A stretch of DNA of 64,000 nt from Phoronis australis. Lineage: Eukaryota > Animalia > Phoronida. Within the stretch, counting starts at the first letter, position 1, and every line of letters begins with the position of its first letter. The notes beneath the pieces are model-generated. The model saw nothing but the letters and a program-made list of their open reading frames with translations. It searched no databases and had not been told where the DNA came from. The stretch is from positions 79,939-143,938 of the forward strand of contig NMRA01000633.1 of NCBI GenBank assembly GCA_002633005.1. Reading direction: 5' to 3'. The translations under genes were made by a program, and so were the position numbers. Below are positions 1 through 13,500 of the stretch, piece after piece.

Positions 1-641
1 ATACAATGAAACATGCAATGCATATCCATATATATATATTCAGTGTTGTATCTCCATTTCACTGGATCTTCATCATCTCTCTCACTCTCAATTATTCAAC
101 AAAGCAAAAGCTCGACACATAATGCTTAACAGGACAGTTATAACTAAACACGGCTCCACTGTTATCTCTTCACCTTCACAGCAAATGTAATAACAACACT
201 GAAGCATTCATACAGAAATCAATTGAATTTATGACTTGCAGGGGAACCTAAAGTTTACACTGTACAATAAAATGAGGGTCAGACAGACGACAACAGGGGG
301 GGCTTCAACATGATCCCTTAATGCTATGTACTCGTTATTGGAATAACGCATTACCGAGTACTCAACAATGACTTGTAATATCTTGTAATACAACAACATC
401 CAATACCACTACGCACTTGTTACTAGAACAACTCTTATCTTAAGTTACCTGTTATGTTTACCGGTTCACCATCAGTAAACAGTGTTAATGTTATGTTATG
501 CAACTGTTAATAGAATAACGTTGGCTCTCTGTAAATCTTCCTTATTACTGTAATAACACATTCTTAACAACACTAAAGAGGCTTACTGGAATAAAAATCA
601 AATACATTACACGACTACAGAGTAACGCAGCTGGATATTAT

Positions 642-647
642 TTTATT
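642..647 (-). promoter_or_regulatory. Candidate AATAAA polyadenylation signal
   Basis: First minus-strand AATAAA found by eye downstream of the stop at 4419. Confidence 0.3.
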
Positions 648-1046
648 CATATGGGGTGTGAAAAAATAGACTTTGAACAGTTCAATATTTCAACACATTA
701 TTTTAACTGGTTAATATTTTGGTTAAATAGTTTAACTAATTATACAAAAACAAACATTCTGTGATATCTGCGGAACATAGTTATACGTAAACAAAACATT
801 TGCCATGGAATAGTATCCATTGTTCTTATCACAGTAGATGCAAATGAACTTTCCAATAGCTGTAACATCATAACAGCTTAATTTATACTCGTAACTTCCA
901 AGTCATTCTTCTCCAATCACTGAGCACAAACTTGTATAACACGTTCTAATTACTCACCATTGTGCAATATCCATCCACGTGTTTACGTGCCCATCAACAC
1001 GAACCTCATAAGTTTTAACTATTTGCACAACTTTATAAATGGCCAG

Positions 1047-1210
1047 AGTGAGAACTAGTACATGGTTCATACAGCAGCAGTGAGAACTAGTACATGGTTC
1101 ATACAGCAGCAGTGAGAACTAGTACATGGTTCATACAGCAGCAGTGAGAACTAGTACATGGTTCATACAGCAGCAGTGAGAACTAGTACATGGTTCATAC
1201 AGCAGCAGTG
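1047..1210. repeat. 32-bp minisatellite x5
   Basis: agtgagaactagtacatggttcatacagcagc. Confidence 0.95.
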
Positions 1211-2616
1211 TCACCAATTACATACTACACAAAATTATACATACACAAGAAAGTACCGCCAGTACGCAGGAAGTGAATATAGCCAACAAATCTAATCCTT
1301 TTGTTAACACTGAATGAACAAAAGACACTATAGGAGAGGTTAATATCAGGTGATATGTACCTAGGGCAACACGGCTCTCTACATGATCAGATAAGACCAA
1401 GGGGTTGGTGTATATGTCAGTGTTTTATCACCATGACCACTGATGCTGCTTTGCTGCTTGTTATCACCTCTCACAATAAACCCTGGCCATCAAGAGAGCA
1501 TACAATGTTCCTACATCAACATAGGCAACATTACAGTACAAGCCAAACGTATTGAGATAAAATGTCAAACACTGCCAGTCATGACAGCTGGGCAGGGCCT
1601 GAATTCATCATCAAAGTAGTCTTCACTCATAATCAAGGGCAACATGAACACTAGTAAAGAGACTAAGGTATTCTCCAATTGAAACTTTGACGCCCTCGTA
1701 ATTATCAACCGTCACTATTACAAATTATTAGATGCCGTGATGGGAAAACACCACTCTGTCTAATTACTTTCAACATGTACAGTAACTTCTTCTAACCCAT
1801 GTACTGAGCCCGTCTGCTCACTTGACTGGTCAGAAAATGAATAGTACCGCCTGCTATCCAGGTGGTATGAATAAAAAGTGATATTCTATGGGCGGGTTGG
1901 TCAATATTACACTATATTGGAAGTTATTGTAGTGCAAAGGACACAAGTATCACTGGTTGTGTAGTAACTAACAATACAGGTTCAGTATCATACCCTCAAG
2001 CTCAGCCATGCACCTATAACATCAGGTAATGCTTTAGAATGAGCTCAACTCAAAAGGCTCAGAGAAGAGGACCACAGGCTCATCACTATTCAACACTCAC
2101 TGAACATAAGGGGGCAGCACTGGTTCTGCCAGGCAACACTTCTCATGTAATGCAAACTCGTGGCTCATAAGTCTACAACTGAACTCATTCATGATCACTC
2201 AGAATTGTGAAATTTTAACTGAATTACACAAGTAGTGCCAACGAGGTTACCAAGGCAACAAACTCTGCAACCCAGTTCACGTTCATACATTCTGTAACCA
2301 TGTATAGATATTATAGTATAACTCTATTTACATATTACCATAGCAACAAACAACAGGATGGTAACCAGCCATCATTAAAAACGTGCCCACCATGTTGTCG
2401 CCCCTCCACCTAATGATAATAATAATTACACAATAAAACATTGGTCGCCTACATGGTGTTGTAGCCATGCTCACACAAACAAGGAGCGTAGAAAATCAAA
2501 AACCTTTGTTAAATCAACAAAAACAATCACCTAGTTATAACATACACTGTTTTAAACTAATCAGTCTTTTACAATCAGTAATGAAGTGCATAGAATGGCA
2601 AACTTGATGTTCAGAT

Positions 2617-2721
2617 GTTGAACACCAATAGCAAAACATGGTTCCTACATTGTTGAACACCAATAGCAAAACATGGTGCCTACATTGTTGAATACCAATA
2701 GCAAAACATGGTGCCTACATT
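2617..2721. repeat. 35-bp tandem repeat x3
   Basis: gttgaacaccaatagcaaaacatggtgcctacatt. Confidence 0.9.
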
Positions 2722-2851
2722 TTCAAAGAACATTATCTTGAGGTTTCTGACAATAGCAGGAACAGCTTAGCATTAGACATGCCAATTTACACAAAGTGAT
2801 GTATTGTAGACAACTACTAATAACACTGCACTAATAGCAAAGCTAGAGCTA

Positions 2852-2914
2852 GCCACAACAACGTGGCCACAATAACGTGGCCACAATAACGTGACCACAA
2901 TAACGTGGCCACAA
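2852..2914. repeat. 14-bp tandem repeat x4.5
   Basis: gccacaataacgtg. Confidence 0.85.
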
Positions 2915-3329
2915 ATCGTCCCATTTCAACCCGCAAGCGGACACCAAACCCAAATGGCCTGAATGTTTCTCTGATTAAATAAATGTTTTGAGAAGCGTTT
3001 TAAATTCTCACCAAACTCCAAAAATAAACTGGATCATGCATTTCATACTGATAATTAAATTAAATGCCAAAAGTTGTCACTCATGAAGCCAAATACAACA
3101 ATCCTTGCAAAAATGTTCCTAACTTTACATAGAATTATTGTTCATACAGCAATTCTTGCAAAACTGTTCTTACCATGGTAAAGAATGTACCATAATTATG
3201 CTATCATACAGCAGATGGAAGTGTTTAATGTCAAAAACGTGTAACACACTAACAAAAAAGATGGTTCACTTACAAGAAGGGTTATAGAAAATAGTGTGAA
3301 CAGATTTAACAATAAAATCTTGCTAACTA

Positions 3330-3445
3330 CAACTCTAGAGCTAGGTACAGTTTAATGCTACACACAACTGTAGTGCTAGGTACAGTTTAATGCTACACAC
3401 AACTGTAGTGCTAGGTACAGTTTAATGCTACACACAACTGTAGTG
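3330..3445. repeat. 35-bp tandem repeat x3.3
   Basis: caactgtagtgctaggtacagtttaatgctacaca. Confidence 0.9.
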
Positions 3446-4418
3446 AATTCCCATAAACACATTATTGCACATGCTGACTAATCAAATGAGGTACGAAGTC
3501 TTATCCAGAAATGAAATACTAAGCAACAAAAACAAGAAAAACAAGTACAAAATGAACTAGAGAGTAGGGAGAAGACTTATGATAACTTTACAAGGAACAT
3601 ATGTTTATGGTAAGTCTACAAGGTACATGAAATGTCTATGGTAAACTGAACGCTAATTGAGGTATATCGTATTCACAAATTTGCTTTCAACAATTACACA
3701 TACAGTGATTTCAAATATTTCCTCAACAAAAAATGTTTGAATCTTGATCATGTTAGAATAACTTGCAAAAACAAGTATTTACACAAAACGCAGATAATTT
3801 ACTTGGATAGTAACTCCATCAAAAGAAGTTGTTAACTATTAAGAATCTGAAAATAACGAAAAACAATACACGTATCTTCACCCTAAATAAAAATGTCCAA
3901 CTATCAAAAACTGTAAGAAACTTGCATTGATGGAAACACGGATGAAAACCAGTGAGACCACATGCCAACCTGTTTCTCAATTCTTATGTAAAATAGAATG
4001 GGACAGTGCAGTGTGTCGTATTATTGGAAACTGATTGACAAGAAACATTGCAGACCCTAACTCAACACTCCAGTTATGAGGAGTTCAAAGTTGACGTGAT
4101 AAAAATGACAACTAACAGCAACACGACGAGAATCGAAAGACTCGGCAACAAACAGGTTCTCATCACAAATAAATCAAGAAATTAAAATACCTACAGTAGC
4201 ATTCAATAACAACACTAACTAAATTTACAATTGATCATCCCCTCACATCCACCAACAAAATTGGAGTGAGGTCACATGATTTCTTCATCATCCAATCAGA
4301 AGTGGCGTTACAACCATGCCGAGTTAGCATGTTCACCTGTATGACGAGACATGATAAAACAAAATGTCCACCATTACCAAAGGTCGAGCACATGCCAAGA
4401 AGGACACGCCATCTATGT

Positions 4419-4508
4419 TTACTTGGCCATGGTCTGTGTAAAGGATTGATAATGATGTGATTCATCCAGGCCGCCATTACCAGAAGGATCTTGAGGAGAT
4501 GAAGACAC
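4419..4508 (-). CDS. shep: Probable terminal coding exon: [29 protein letters not shown]
   Basis: Strong pyrimidine acceptor tgtcttcttattcag|, phase 0, ends TAA; composition like the RBMS C-terminus. Confidence 0.75.
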   Translation of the reverse strand: MSSSPQDPSGNGGLDESHHYQSFTQTMAK

Positions 4509-7500
4509 CTGAATAAGAAGACAAATTAACATTGATCTTAACATGAACACCACACTAAAATTACCAATGTTAGCAGACAACAAGACTTCATTGAAAATTA
4601 CACGGTTCATTTAGACTCTGAATGCTAATCTAAACCAATATATTGCATTAAACGATATACATAAAGCTCAACGAATCAGCTCCTAACTCCCAATCAAAGC
4701 AGAGCCTGAGCTGGATTCAACACAATTTTAACATATTAAATGGAGTTTGTATTACACAATATGTTGAACAAGAGCAACCAAAGCGTTGAAATGGGCCCAT
4801 GAATGCACCACAAACAGAGTGCTTCTACGATTGTTTATTTGTTTCATAAAAATAGCCACAAGAGGGCAAAAAAAACATCCAATCCATCTGAAAACGGGTA
4901 CATGCCCTCGCTTCTTTAATAGAAAGCTATTCAGCAAATTTCATAAAAATCTGTAGAGAAACTTCAGAGAAACAAAGGAAAACAAAAAATAATGAAATTG
5001 CCACTTTGGGACACAGCCTTCATTGGATCCACCTGAAAGACGTCGTCATCTGTTGTTGGCTTCATATAAATACAATTACTAAATTCAATAAAGATCCTGC
5101 AGTGAGTTTAGGAGATGCAGCTATGGGCACAAAACAAAACAAAACTACCACTAGGAGGCGCTACAGTAGACGAATGCGTTATTGTCAATCGTCCTCTTCA
5201 CACTGAGAACATATACCATATACAAATTTTCAAAGTCATACTCAGAATGGCTTGGTTGATCGAGGGGTGGACGCCAAAAAACAAGACTCGAAACATGAAT
5301 AATGGCCACTAGGTGGTGCAAAAGTTCCTCGATTCCATCCCACAGCGGAAGGCTAGCATCATCTCACCAATAAATGCCTATATTCTAAACTTTCTGATAA
5401 TCCAATGAGGACCTTTGAAGATACAGAGGTAAGCCTACAAAATGAAAATTGTCACTACGGGGCACACTGGATGTCAGATCCGTCCGAAAGTTGTCGTCAT
5501 CTGTTGTTAACATCATATAAATACCCTTGCTAAATTTAGCAAAGATGCTACAAATCGTTTAGGAAATACAGCCATGAGCGCAAAAAAAAACTGCAACTAG
5601 GAGGCGCCACAGAAATCAAAGTCATTGGTAAATCATCGTCAGCTTCATAGTAACAACATACATGCCAATTTTCATAATCATCCTTTGTGCGGTTCGGCTG
5701 ATAGAGGGGTGGACACCAAAAAACAGACTAAAAACAGTAAAAATGGCCGCTAGGTTGCGCAAACTACGCCACATCCATCCGACAATGGGAAGGTAGCTTC
5801 ATCTCACTAATAGGTGCCTATACTTCAAATTTTATGAAAATACCTAGAGGACCTTTAAAGATACAGAGGTAAATGTAAAAAACATAAATTGTCACTAGGG
5901 GGCACACCGGTAGTCAGATCTGTCCGAAGGTTGTTGTCATCCCTTGTCAACATCATATAAATATGCTTGCAGAATTTAGTAAAGATCCTGCCAACGGTTT
6001 AGGAGGTACAGCCATGGGCGCAAAAAGAGACAAAACTGCCACTAGGAGGCGCCACAGTAGTTGAAATCGTCAGAAAATCATTGTCAGCCATCCTCTTCAT
6101 AACAAGAGCATACATGCCAATTTCCACAATCATTCTTAGCGCGGTTTGGTTGATAAAGCGGTGGATGCCAAAAAAGACTCAAAAAAAAAATGGCCACTAG
6201 GTGGCGAAAACTACGTCGAATCCATCCGAAAATGGGAGTATAGCGTCATCTCAATAATAGGTGCCTATATTCCAAATTTTATGAAAATACTTTGAGGACC
6301 ATTGAAGATACAGAGGAAAACATAAAAAAACTAAATTGCCACTAGGGGCCACACCAGTAGCCAGATCCAAAGGAAAGTCGTCGTCATCCATTGTCAACAT
6401 CGTATAAATACACTCGCAGAATCTAGTAAAGTTCCTACCAACGGTTTAGGAGATACAGCCATGGGCGCAAAAAGAGACAAAACTGCCACTAGGAGGCACC
6501 ACAGCAGTCCGAATCGTCGGAAAATCATCGTCAACCATATTCTTTACAATAAAAACATACATGCCAATTTCCACGATCATCTTTAGAGCAGTTTGGTTGA
6601 TAGAGGGGTGAACGCCAAAAAACAGACTCGAAAACAGCAAAAATGGCCACTAGGTGGCCCAATCTATGTCGAATCCATCCGAAAACGAGAGTATAGCGTC
6701 ACCTCACCAATAGATGCCTATATGCCAAATTTTATGAAAATACCTTTGAAGATGTAGAGGTAAGCATAAAAAACTAAAATTGCCACTAGGGGGCACACCG
6801 GTAGTCGGATCCGTCTGAAAGTTCGCTCATGCCGTCCCATCCATGATAGGAAAGTATGTGCAAAATTTCATGAACGTACATCAAAGCGTTTTGGAGATAG
6901 AGCAGCGGACATCGGACGGACGCCGGACAGACGAAGAAGACGGCATAATGCGTCCACATATAAATATGTGGGCGCGCATAAAAATTAAAACACCATGAAA
7001 CAGGAGTCCTATCGCCGGTGTGGTTTAGAAAGCGGCTATTTTGTTACCCTTGCTCAAAGCCAATTCGAAATCTGACCTCATGGCAGCATTTCACAGACGT
7101 AAGAAACTCGTCATAATACAAGATCACTCAAGTCCTGACAAGATATGGCCATGCATTAGGAGCCAAGATATGGCTATAATGCATTAGGAGCCAAGATATG
7201 GCCATAATGCATTAGGAGCCAAGATATGGCCATAATGCATTAGGAGCCAAGATATGGCTATAATGCATTAGGAGCCAAGATATGGCCATAATGCATTAGG
7301 AGCCAAGATATGGCCATAATGCATTAGGAGCCAAGATATGGCCATAATGCATTAGGAGCCAAGATATGGCCATAATGCATTAGGAGCCAAGATATGGCCA
7401 TAATGCATTAGGAGCCAAGATATGGNNNNNNNNNNNNNNNNNNNNNNNNNNNNNNNNNNNNNNNNNNNNNNNNNNNNNNNNNNNNNNNNNNNNNNNNNNN

Positions 7501-10500
7501 NNNNNNNNNNNNNNNNNNNNNNNNNNNNNNNNNNNNNNNNNNNNNNNNNNNNNNNNNNNNNNNNNNNNNNNNNNNNNNNNNNNNNNNNNNNNNNNNNNNN
7601 NNNNNNNNNNNNNNNNNNNNNNNNNNNNNNNNNNNNNNNNNNNNNNNNNNNNNNNNNNNNNNNNNNNNNNNNNNNNNNNNNNNNNNNNNNNNNNNNNNNN
7701 NNNNNNNNNNNNNNNNNNNNNNNNNNNNNNNNNNNNNNNNNNNNNNNNNNNNNNNNNNNNNNNNNNNNNNNNNNNNNNNNNNNNNNNNNNNNNNNNNNNN
7801 NNNNNNNNNNNNNNNNNNNNNNNNNNNNNNNNNNNNNNNNNNNNNNNNNNNNNNNNNNNNNNNNNNNNNNNNNNNNNNNNNNNNNNNNNNNNNNNNNNNN
7901 NNNNNNNNNNNNNNNNNNNNNNNNNNNNNNNNNNNNNNNNNNNNNNNNNNNNNNNNNNNNNNNNNNNNNNNNNNNNNNNNNNNNNNNNNNNNNNNNNNNN
8001 NNNNNNNNNNNNNNNNNNNNNNNNNNNNNNNNNNNNNNNNNNNNNNNNNNNNNNNNNNNNNNNNNNNNNNNNNNNNNNNNNNNCAACGACACATCAACAC
8101 AACGACACATCAACACAACGACACATCAACACAACGACACATCAACACAACGACACATCAACACAATGACACATCAGTGAACATAAGAACAGAATGATAA
8201 TAACATAAGCCAATTTCGCACAACTTAAAAAGCATTCAAAATCAGCAGAAACAACTAAGCTGAGTTTAGAGAGGTATCAACTAAGCAGAAAAAAATTATT
8301 GCATCTATCAGGTGAATTTTCTAAAACTGATTTAGCCAGCATTCTACCAGTAGCCATTCAAGTATCTGCATATGACTGAGGCGGCATAACAGTACCAGTA
8401 CACAGCAGACTGGTTCAATTAAAACAACTCCTGCCAACACATTCCAAAGACAGGGGAGATTATAAAGCAGGAAATACTCATCTAAAATTGTAAGTGTTAT
8501 ACAAACATGAATATCCTGCACACACTTTTCCTTTGAAATACAAACATGAATATCCTGCACACACTTTTCCTTTGAATGCACAGCCAGCTCTAATAACTTA
8601 GCTTGTAACCAATGTTATCATTCTAACAACTATTCTCGTAACATCATCTGCATAGAGCATACACAACCATAAATTCATATACATATATATATTTATATGG
8701 TGAAAGGCACAGTACTTCTACAACACTTAAACAAAGTTTAAATTGTTAGGCTGGAGAAATCAGGCGGCGTTTGATAAGGCCAGAGTCATGTGAGATCACA
8801 CAAGATCACATTGGTGCAATGCAACTGTCTCTTTAGGGTTTCACACTTAACCTCACAGCTTTACTATCAAACACTCATCCACAACACTTTTGTAGACTCA
8901 AATTTCCTTTTATAGGCATTTCTTAACTGCATATGTTTGAAGCCAATTTGCATGGCCAAACTTCAAAATGGTAGCTAGCACAATATAGTCATCACTTTAA
9001 CTTAATGGATAGTTGAATGCTGAATTAAGAAAATATTGTGTCCATTAGATTACTTACTCTTCCATATGTCAAGAGTTCTCACTACAAGTGTCTCATATTT
9101 GACTGGCATTATTGAACGTACCCCGTGATCAAACCTGGTCCCAGTGATCAAAACTCAGACCACGAACGCTACAATGCCAATTTCTCAACTAGCCCGCTTT
9201 AACTGCTAACTTCTGATCACTGAATTACACCACATTTCAACTTCCAGCATTATGCCACATTTTAACCTCCAACCATTATGCTGTAAACTTTGACATATTC
9301 AACACTGCTGGCACTGGAACCAGGTCTGCCGACAACAGCAGCATTAACAGTTATATGGTGCTTGAGAGAGAGTAGAGAACAAGTAGGCCAAGCCAAACTA
9401 CCGTCACCGGATTCAGGCACACACTCTAAGCAGGTTAACACCAAAAGAAAGAGAAACGCAGGAGACAACCGTCAAATTACCTTGGACAAATCTTCACCTC
9501 TTCTCTGTGTACGTAAACACAAGTCAACATTGACTTACTCATATTTTGACAAGTATTTCACTTTGCACACGCCTTGCAAATAAATAAAATTTAGTGTTTC
9601 TTATCAACAGTCAAAAATATGACTTGCAAATAAGCTGCAGCACTTGTATGACTTCAAAGTAGAATTGGCCAGATAAGACAAATTTCCAAGAACCAATTTT
9701 ATTAAAATACCCTTGAAGAAAATGATCTTCAGTTGTGTAACAAAGTATGATGAAGTGCACGTCACAGACCATTTGTGGTAACCAGTGCCATACAGTGATC
9801 AACCCAATCAAAACCATTATTCTATTCCACAAAACATTAACATTGGTTTAAAAATTATAACCTAAAACTCAATTTAAACAGCTACAAATGCAAGCTATTA
9901 CTTCATCTATATATAAAATCACCAAAACTAATTCTGTTTCAATGCATATCATAAAATTCTGAAAATCAGCTTCTGACATTCAAAATAAACAAGAGCAACG
10001 CTGAGCGTTGAAATGCGCCGACGAATGTATCGCAAATGGTGCGCTTTTAGGGCTGTTTATTTATGTCATTAAAATGGCCACTAGATGGCGCAAAATACAT
10101 CGAATCCGTCTGAAAACCAAAAAAATGTCATCGTTTCTTTAAAAGAGAGCCATTTGCCAACTTCGGCGAGGAACTTCAGGGAAACAGACGAAAACAAAAA
10201 AAACGAAATTGCCACAAGGGGGCACAGTGTTCATCGGATCAGTCTAAAAGTAGTCATCTTCTCTTGTTAACTTTATATAAATACACGTGTTAAATTGAAT
10301 ACAGATCCTGCAGAGGACTTAGAAGATACAGGTAGGGGTACAAAAAAACAAACCACTAGGAGGCGCCACAGTAGTCGAAGTCATCAGAACATCATCGGCA
10401 ACTGTTCCCTTCATAGAAAGTACATACATGCCAACTTTTACAATCATCCTTAGAGTGGTTTGGTTGACAGAGGGACGAACGCCACAAAACAGACTCACAA

Positions 10501-13500
10501 AAAAATAACAAAAATGGCCACTAGGTGGCGTAAAAACCTTGAATCAATCGGAAGATGAATGGCTAGCGGCAACTCAATAATTGAAGTCTATGTGCCAAAT
10601 TTTATGGAAATCTGATGAGTACCTTTGAAGATACAGCGATAAACGTAAAAAACTAAAATTACCACTAGGGGGCACACCGCTTGACCGATCTGTTTGCTAA
10701 ATTTAATAAAGATCCTGTAGAGCGTTTAGGAGATACAGCCACGGGCGCAAAAACAAACAAAACTGCCACTAGGAGGCGCCACAGTAGTCGAAGTCATTGG
10801 AAAATCATTGTCAACTGTATTCTTCATAGTAAGACCATACATGGCAATTTTCACAATCATCCTTAGAGTGGTTTGGTTGTTAGAGGGGCGGACGTCAAAA
10901 AATGACTCAAAAATAGTAAAAATGGCAACTAGATGGCGCAAAATCCATCGAAGCAATCTGAAAACGTAAGGATAGCGTCAACTCATTAATAGATGCCTAT
11001 GTACCAAATTTCATGAAAATCAGTAGAAGACCTTTGAAGATACAGAGGCAAACGTAAAAAACTAAAATTGCCACTAGGGTGCACAGCGGCATTGGGGTCG
11101 GTTTGAAACTCGTCGCCCTCTCTCCTAGACCCCATAGGAACAAACCTGCCAAGTTTCAATACGATCCTGCAAGGGGTTTAGGAGATACAGCCGCAGACGC
11201 CGGACGCCAGGACGCCCAGACAGATGACGGCAATATGCGACCACATATAAATATGTGGGCGTATAAAAAGCACAGCTACTTTTTGAAATAAAACTTCCAA
11301 ATGGTTATAATGTATTAGTCATTTGAAATAACAGGGGAAGACTTCTAATTGGATTATTACAAAGCGAAATATTAACGCGATGAAGAATAACAAATTTCTC
11401 TTATGATAAATTTCTTAAATCAACAAAGTATGAAAATTTTATATAGATTTCAACAGTTGAATTATATTAACAGGTGTAATATCCACGATAAGAACATTTC
11501 AATATACTATTAAAAGTTGCTATAAAATCATAACCAACAAAATGATGTTCTTGTATTACTGTTTGTACAAACAAATGTGCTTAACAACAGTACAGTTAAG
11601 TTTTGAAAACAATAACATCAGCCTAACAAGTATGATACTGGCAAAAACGTGAGAACAACAAGACAATACTTAAGTGATACTACCAAAGTATAATAAACAT
11701 CCAGAAACGATCAACGGTTAGGATACATAATTTCTCTGGATATTTTTTGGGTATTTTGACAAGATGAGAACGTTTTGTTTACAGGATTGTAATTTTAACA
11801 CTATCTATAATCATCAGTCTCAGACTCTAACAACACAAAAGTCACCAAAATTTCTGATAGCATTTCATGAGGTATTCCAATCTCTTGAGCATAAGATAAC
11901 ACATTAAACACAACACTCAAATCCGTTTTCTAGAGATTTGGCAACATGACTTTTACATGATGCAGTGGACAGTTAGCTGGACTAATACCCATAACATAGT
12001 TAAGCTAGTCTACATCTATAAGCACATGCCCCTGCACAAGGACAAGTTAGCTAAATATTATAACACACTACCATGCAACACTGTAACAGTGCTCTGATTA
12101 TTATACAACACTAAATTACTAACTAAACAAAAATCAAGCGAATATGAAAAAACACCCAAAAATATCCATACAGCAAATTAAAAATGCTTTTTGTGAGTAA
12201 ACAACACATGAATGAAACGGTTAAACAAACTAAACGCAAAAAAACACAAGTCCAGAGCACAAAGTCATAACCAAAATTAGAGCCCATCTGGCCAGGCTCA
12301 ACGCCGCCTGCGGACAACATCAACCAACATTTTTGCAGATGTCAACAACAAAAACATTTACAACAAGACGTGCTCTTCGCCTACCGAAGTTCCTGCAAGA
12401 GACAAGCCTGCCATCTGTTGGCTGATCTGTTGAGCCATTAACGCTGGATCCACGGGCTGCATACTTGTTGGGATGACCTGCTGGAGAAACAGAATACTTA
12501 ATAAAAACAATATCAAATAACACATAACAAGAAGTAGTTATAGCAATGTCAAATAACACATAACAAAAAGTAGTTATAGCAATGTCAAATAACATATAAC
12601 ATGAAGTAGTTATAGCAATGTCAAATAACATATAACAAGAAGTAGTTATAGCAATGTCAAATAACATATAACAAGAAGTAATCTTATATCAAACAACACA
12701 TTACAATACGTAATGATAATATCAGTTAACTAACACATTACAATTACTAATAATAGCAAATGGCAAATAACACATCACAATAACAAATATCAAAACATTT
12801 GTTGTCACACTGTTACTTTGTTTAAGTGACTATAAACCCACCCCTATTTACAACACTCACTACAATACAGCTGGTTGTAACTTTTAATTTATGACTCTTA
12901 CTACAATACAGCTGGTTGTAACTTTTAATTAATGACTTACAATACAGCTGGTTGTAACTTTTTATTGATGACTCTTACTACAATACAGCTGGTTGTAACT
13001 TTTAATTTACATCTCTAACTAAAATATAGCTGATTGCAACTTTTTATTCACTACTCTTACTGCAATACAGCTGCTTGTAACTTGTTCTTTAATCCAATTA
13101 GAGACAATTGCTTGTCGTGGGAAGATGCCACAGTTGATTATTACTCAAGATCAGGCGTGTCATGCTGCATGTCATGTTGTGCACTAAATGTGCTCTTAAC
13201 CCAAGTCAACTGTCGGTCCTTCCAGAAATCATTCATCTGACCAAGGGACCGAGTACAGCATCAATTTTATACCGCAGAATGATCTAAATTGAAAGTTATT
13301 TCTGGTCTACTGTAGGCGGGTCGATTCGAAAAAGTGTTATGTAAAATATATGCTTATCAGATTGGACTTGAAGTTGTAACTGCACACTGCTTACCGGTGT
13401 CATGTGAGACTGCTGTAGAATGGGTGTCTGTGGGTGGTAGATCCAGTTAGACGACTGCACAGGGTAGTTGGACATAGGCGTGGTAGACATGGTGTAACGA

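Noticed and set aside
4235-4336. Second acceptor (ctcgtcatacag|GTGAAC) downstream of the stop, reading VNMLTRHG...VRG*
   Set aside because: The nearest donor gives only a 41-nt intron and the peptide has no family resemblance; unsupported.
7352-8180. Long 230-254 aa ORFs
   Set aside because: Translations of the N gap.
9115-9180. tRNA/SINE-like A and B boxes on the minus strand (also ~14320-14390)
   Set aside because: Too degenerate, no cloverleaf; at most decayed SINE heads.
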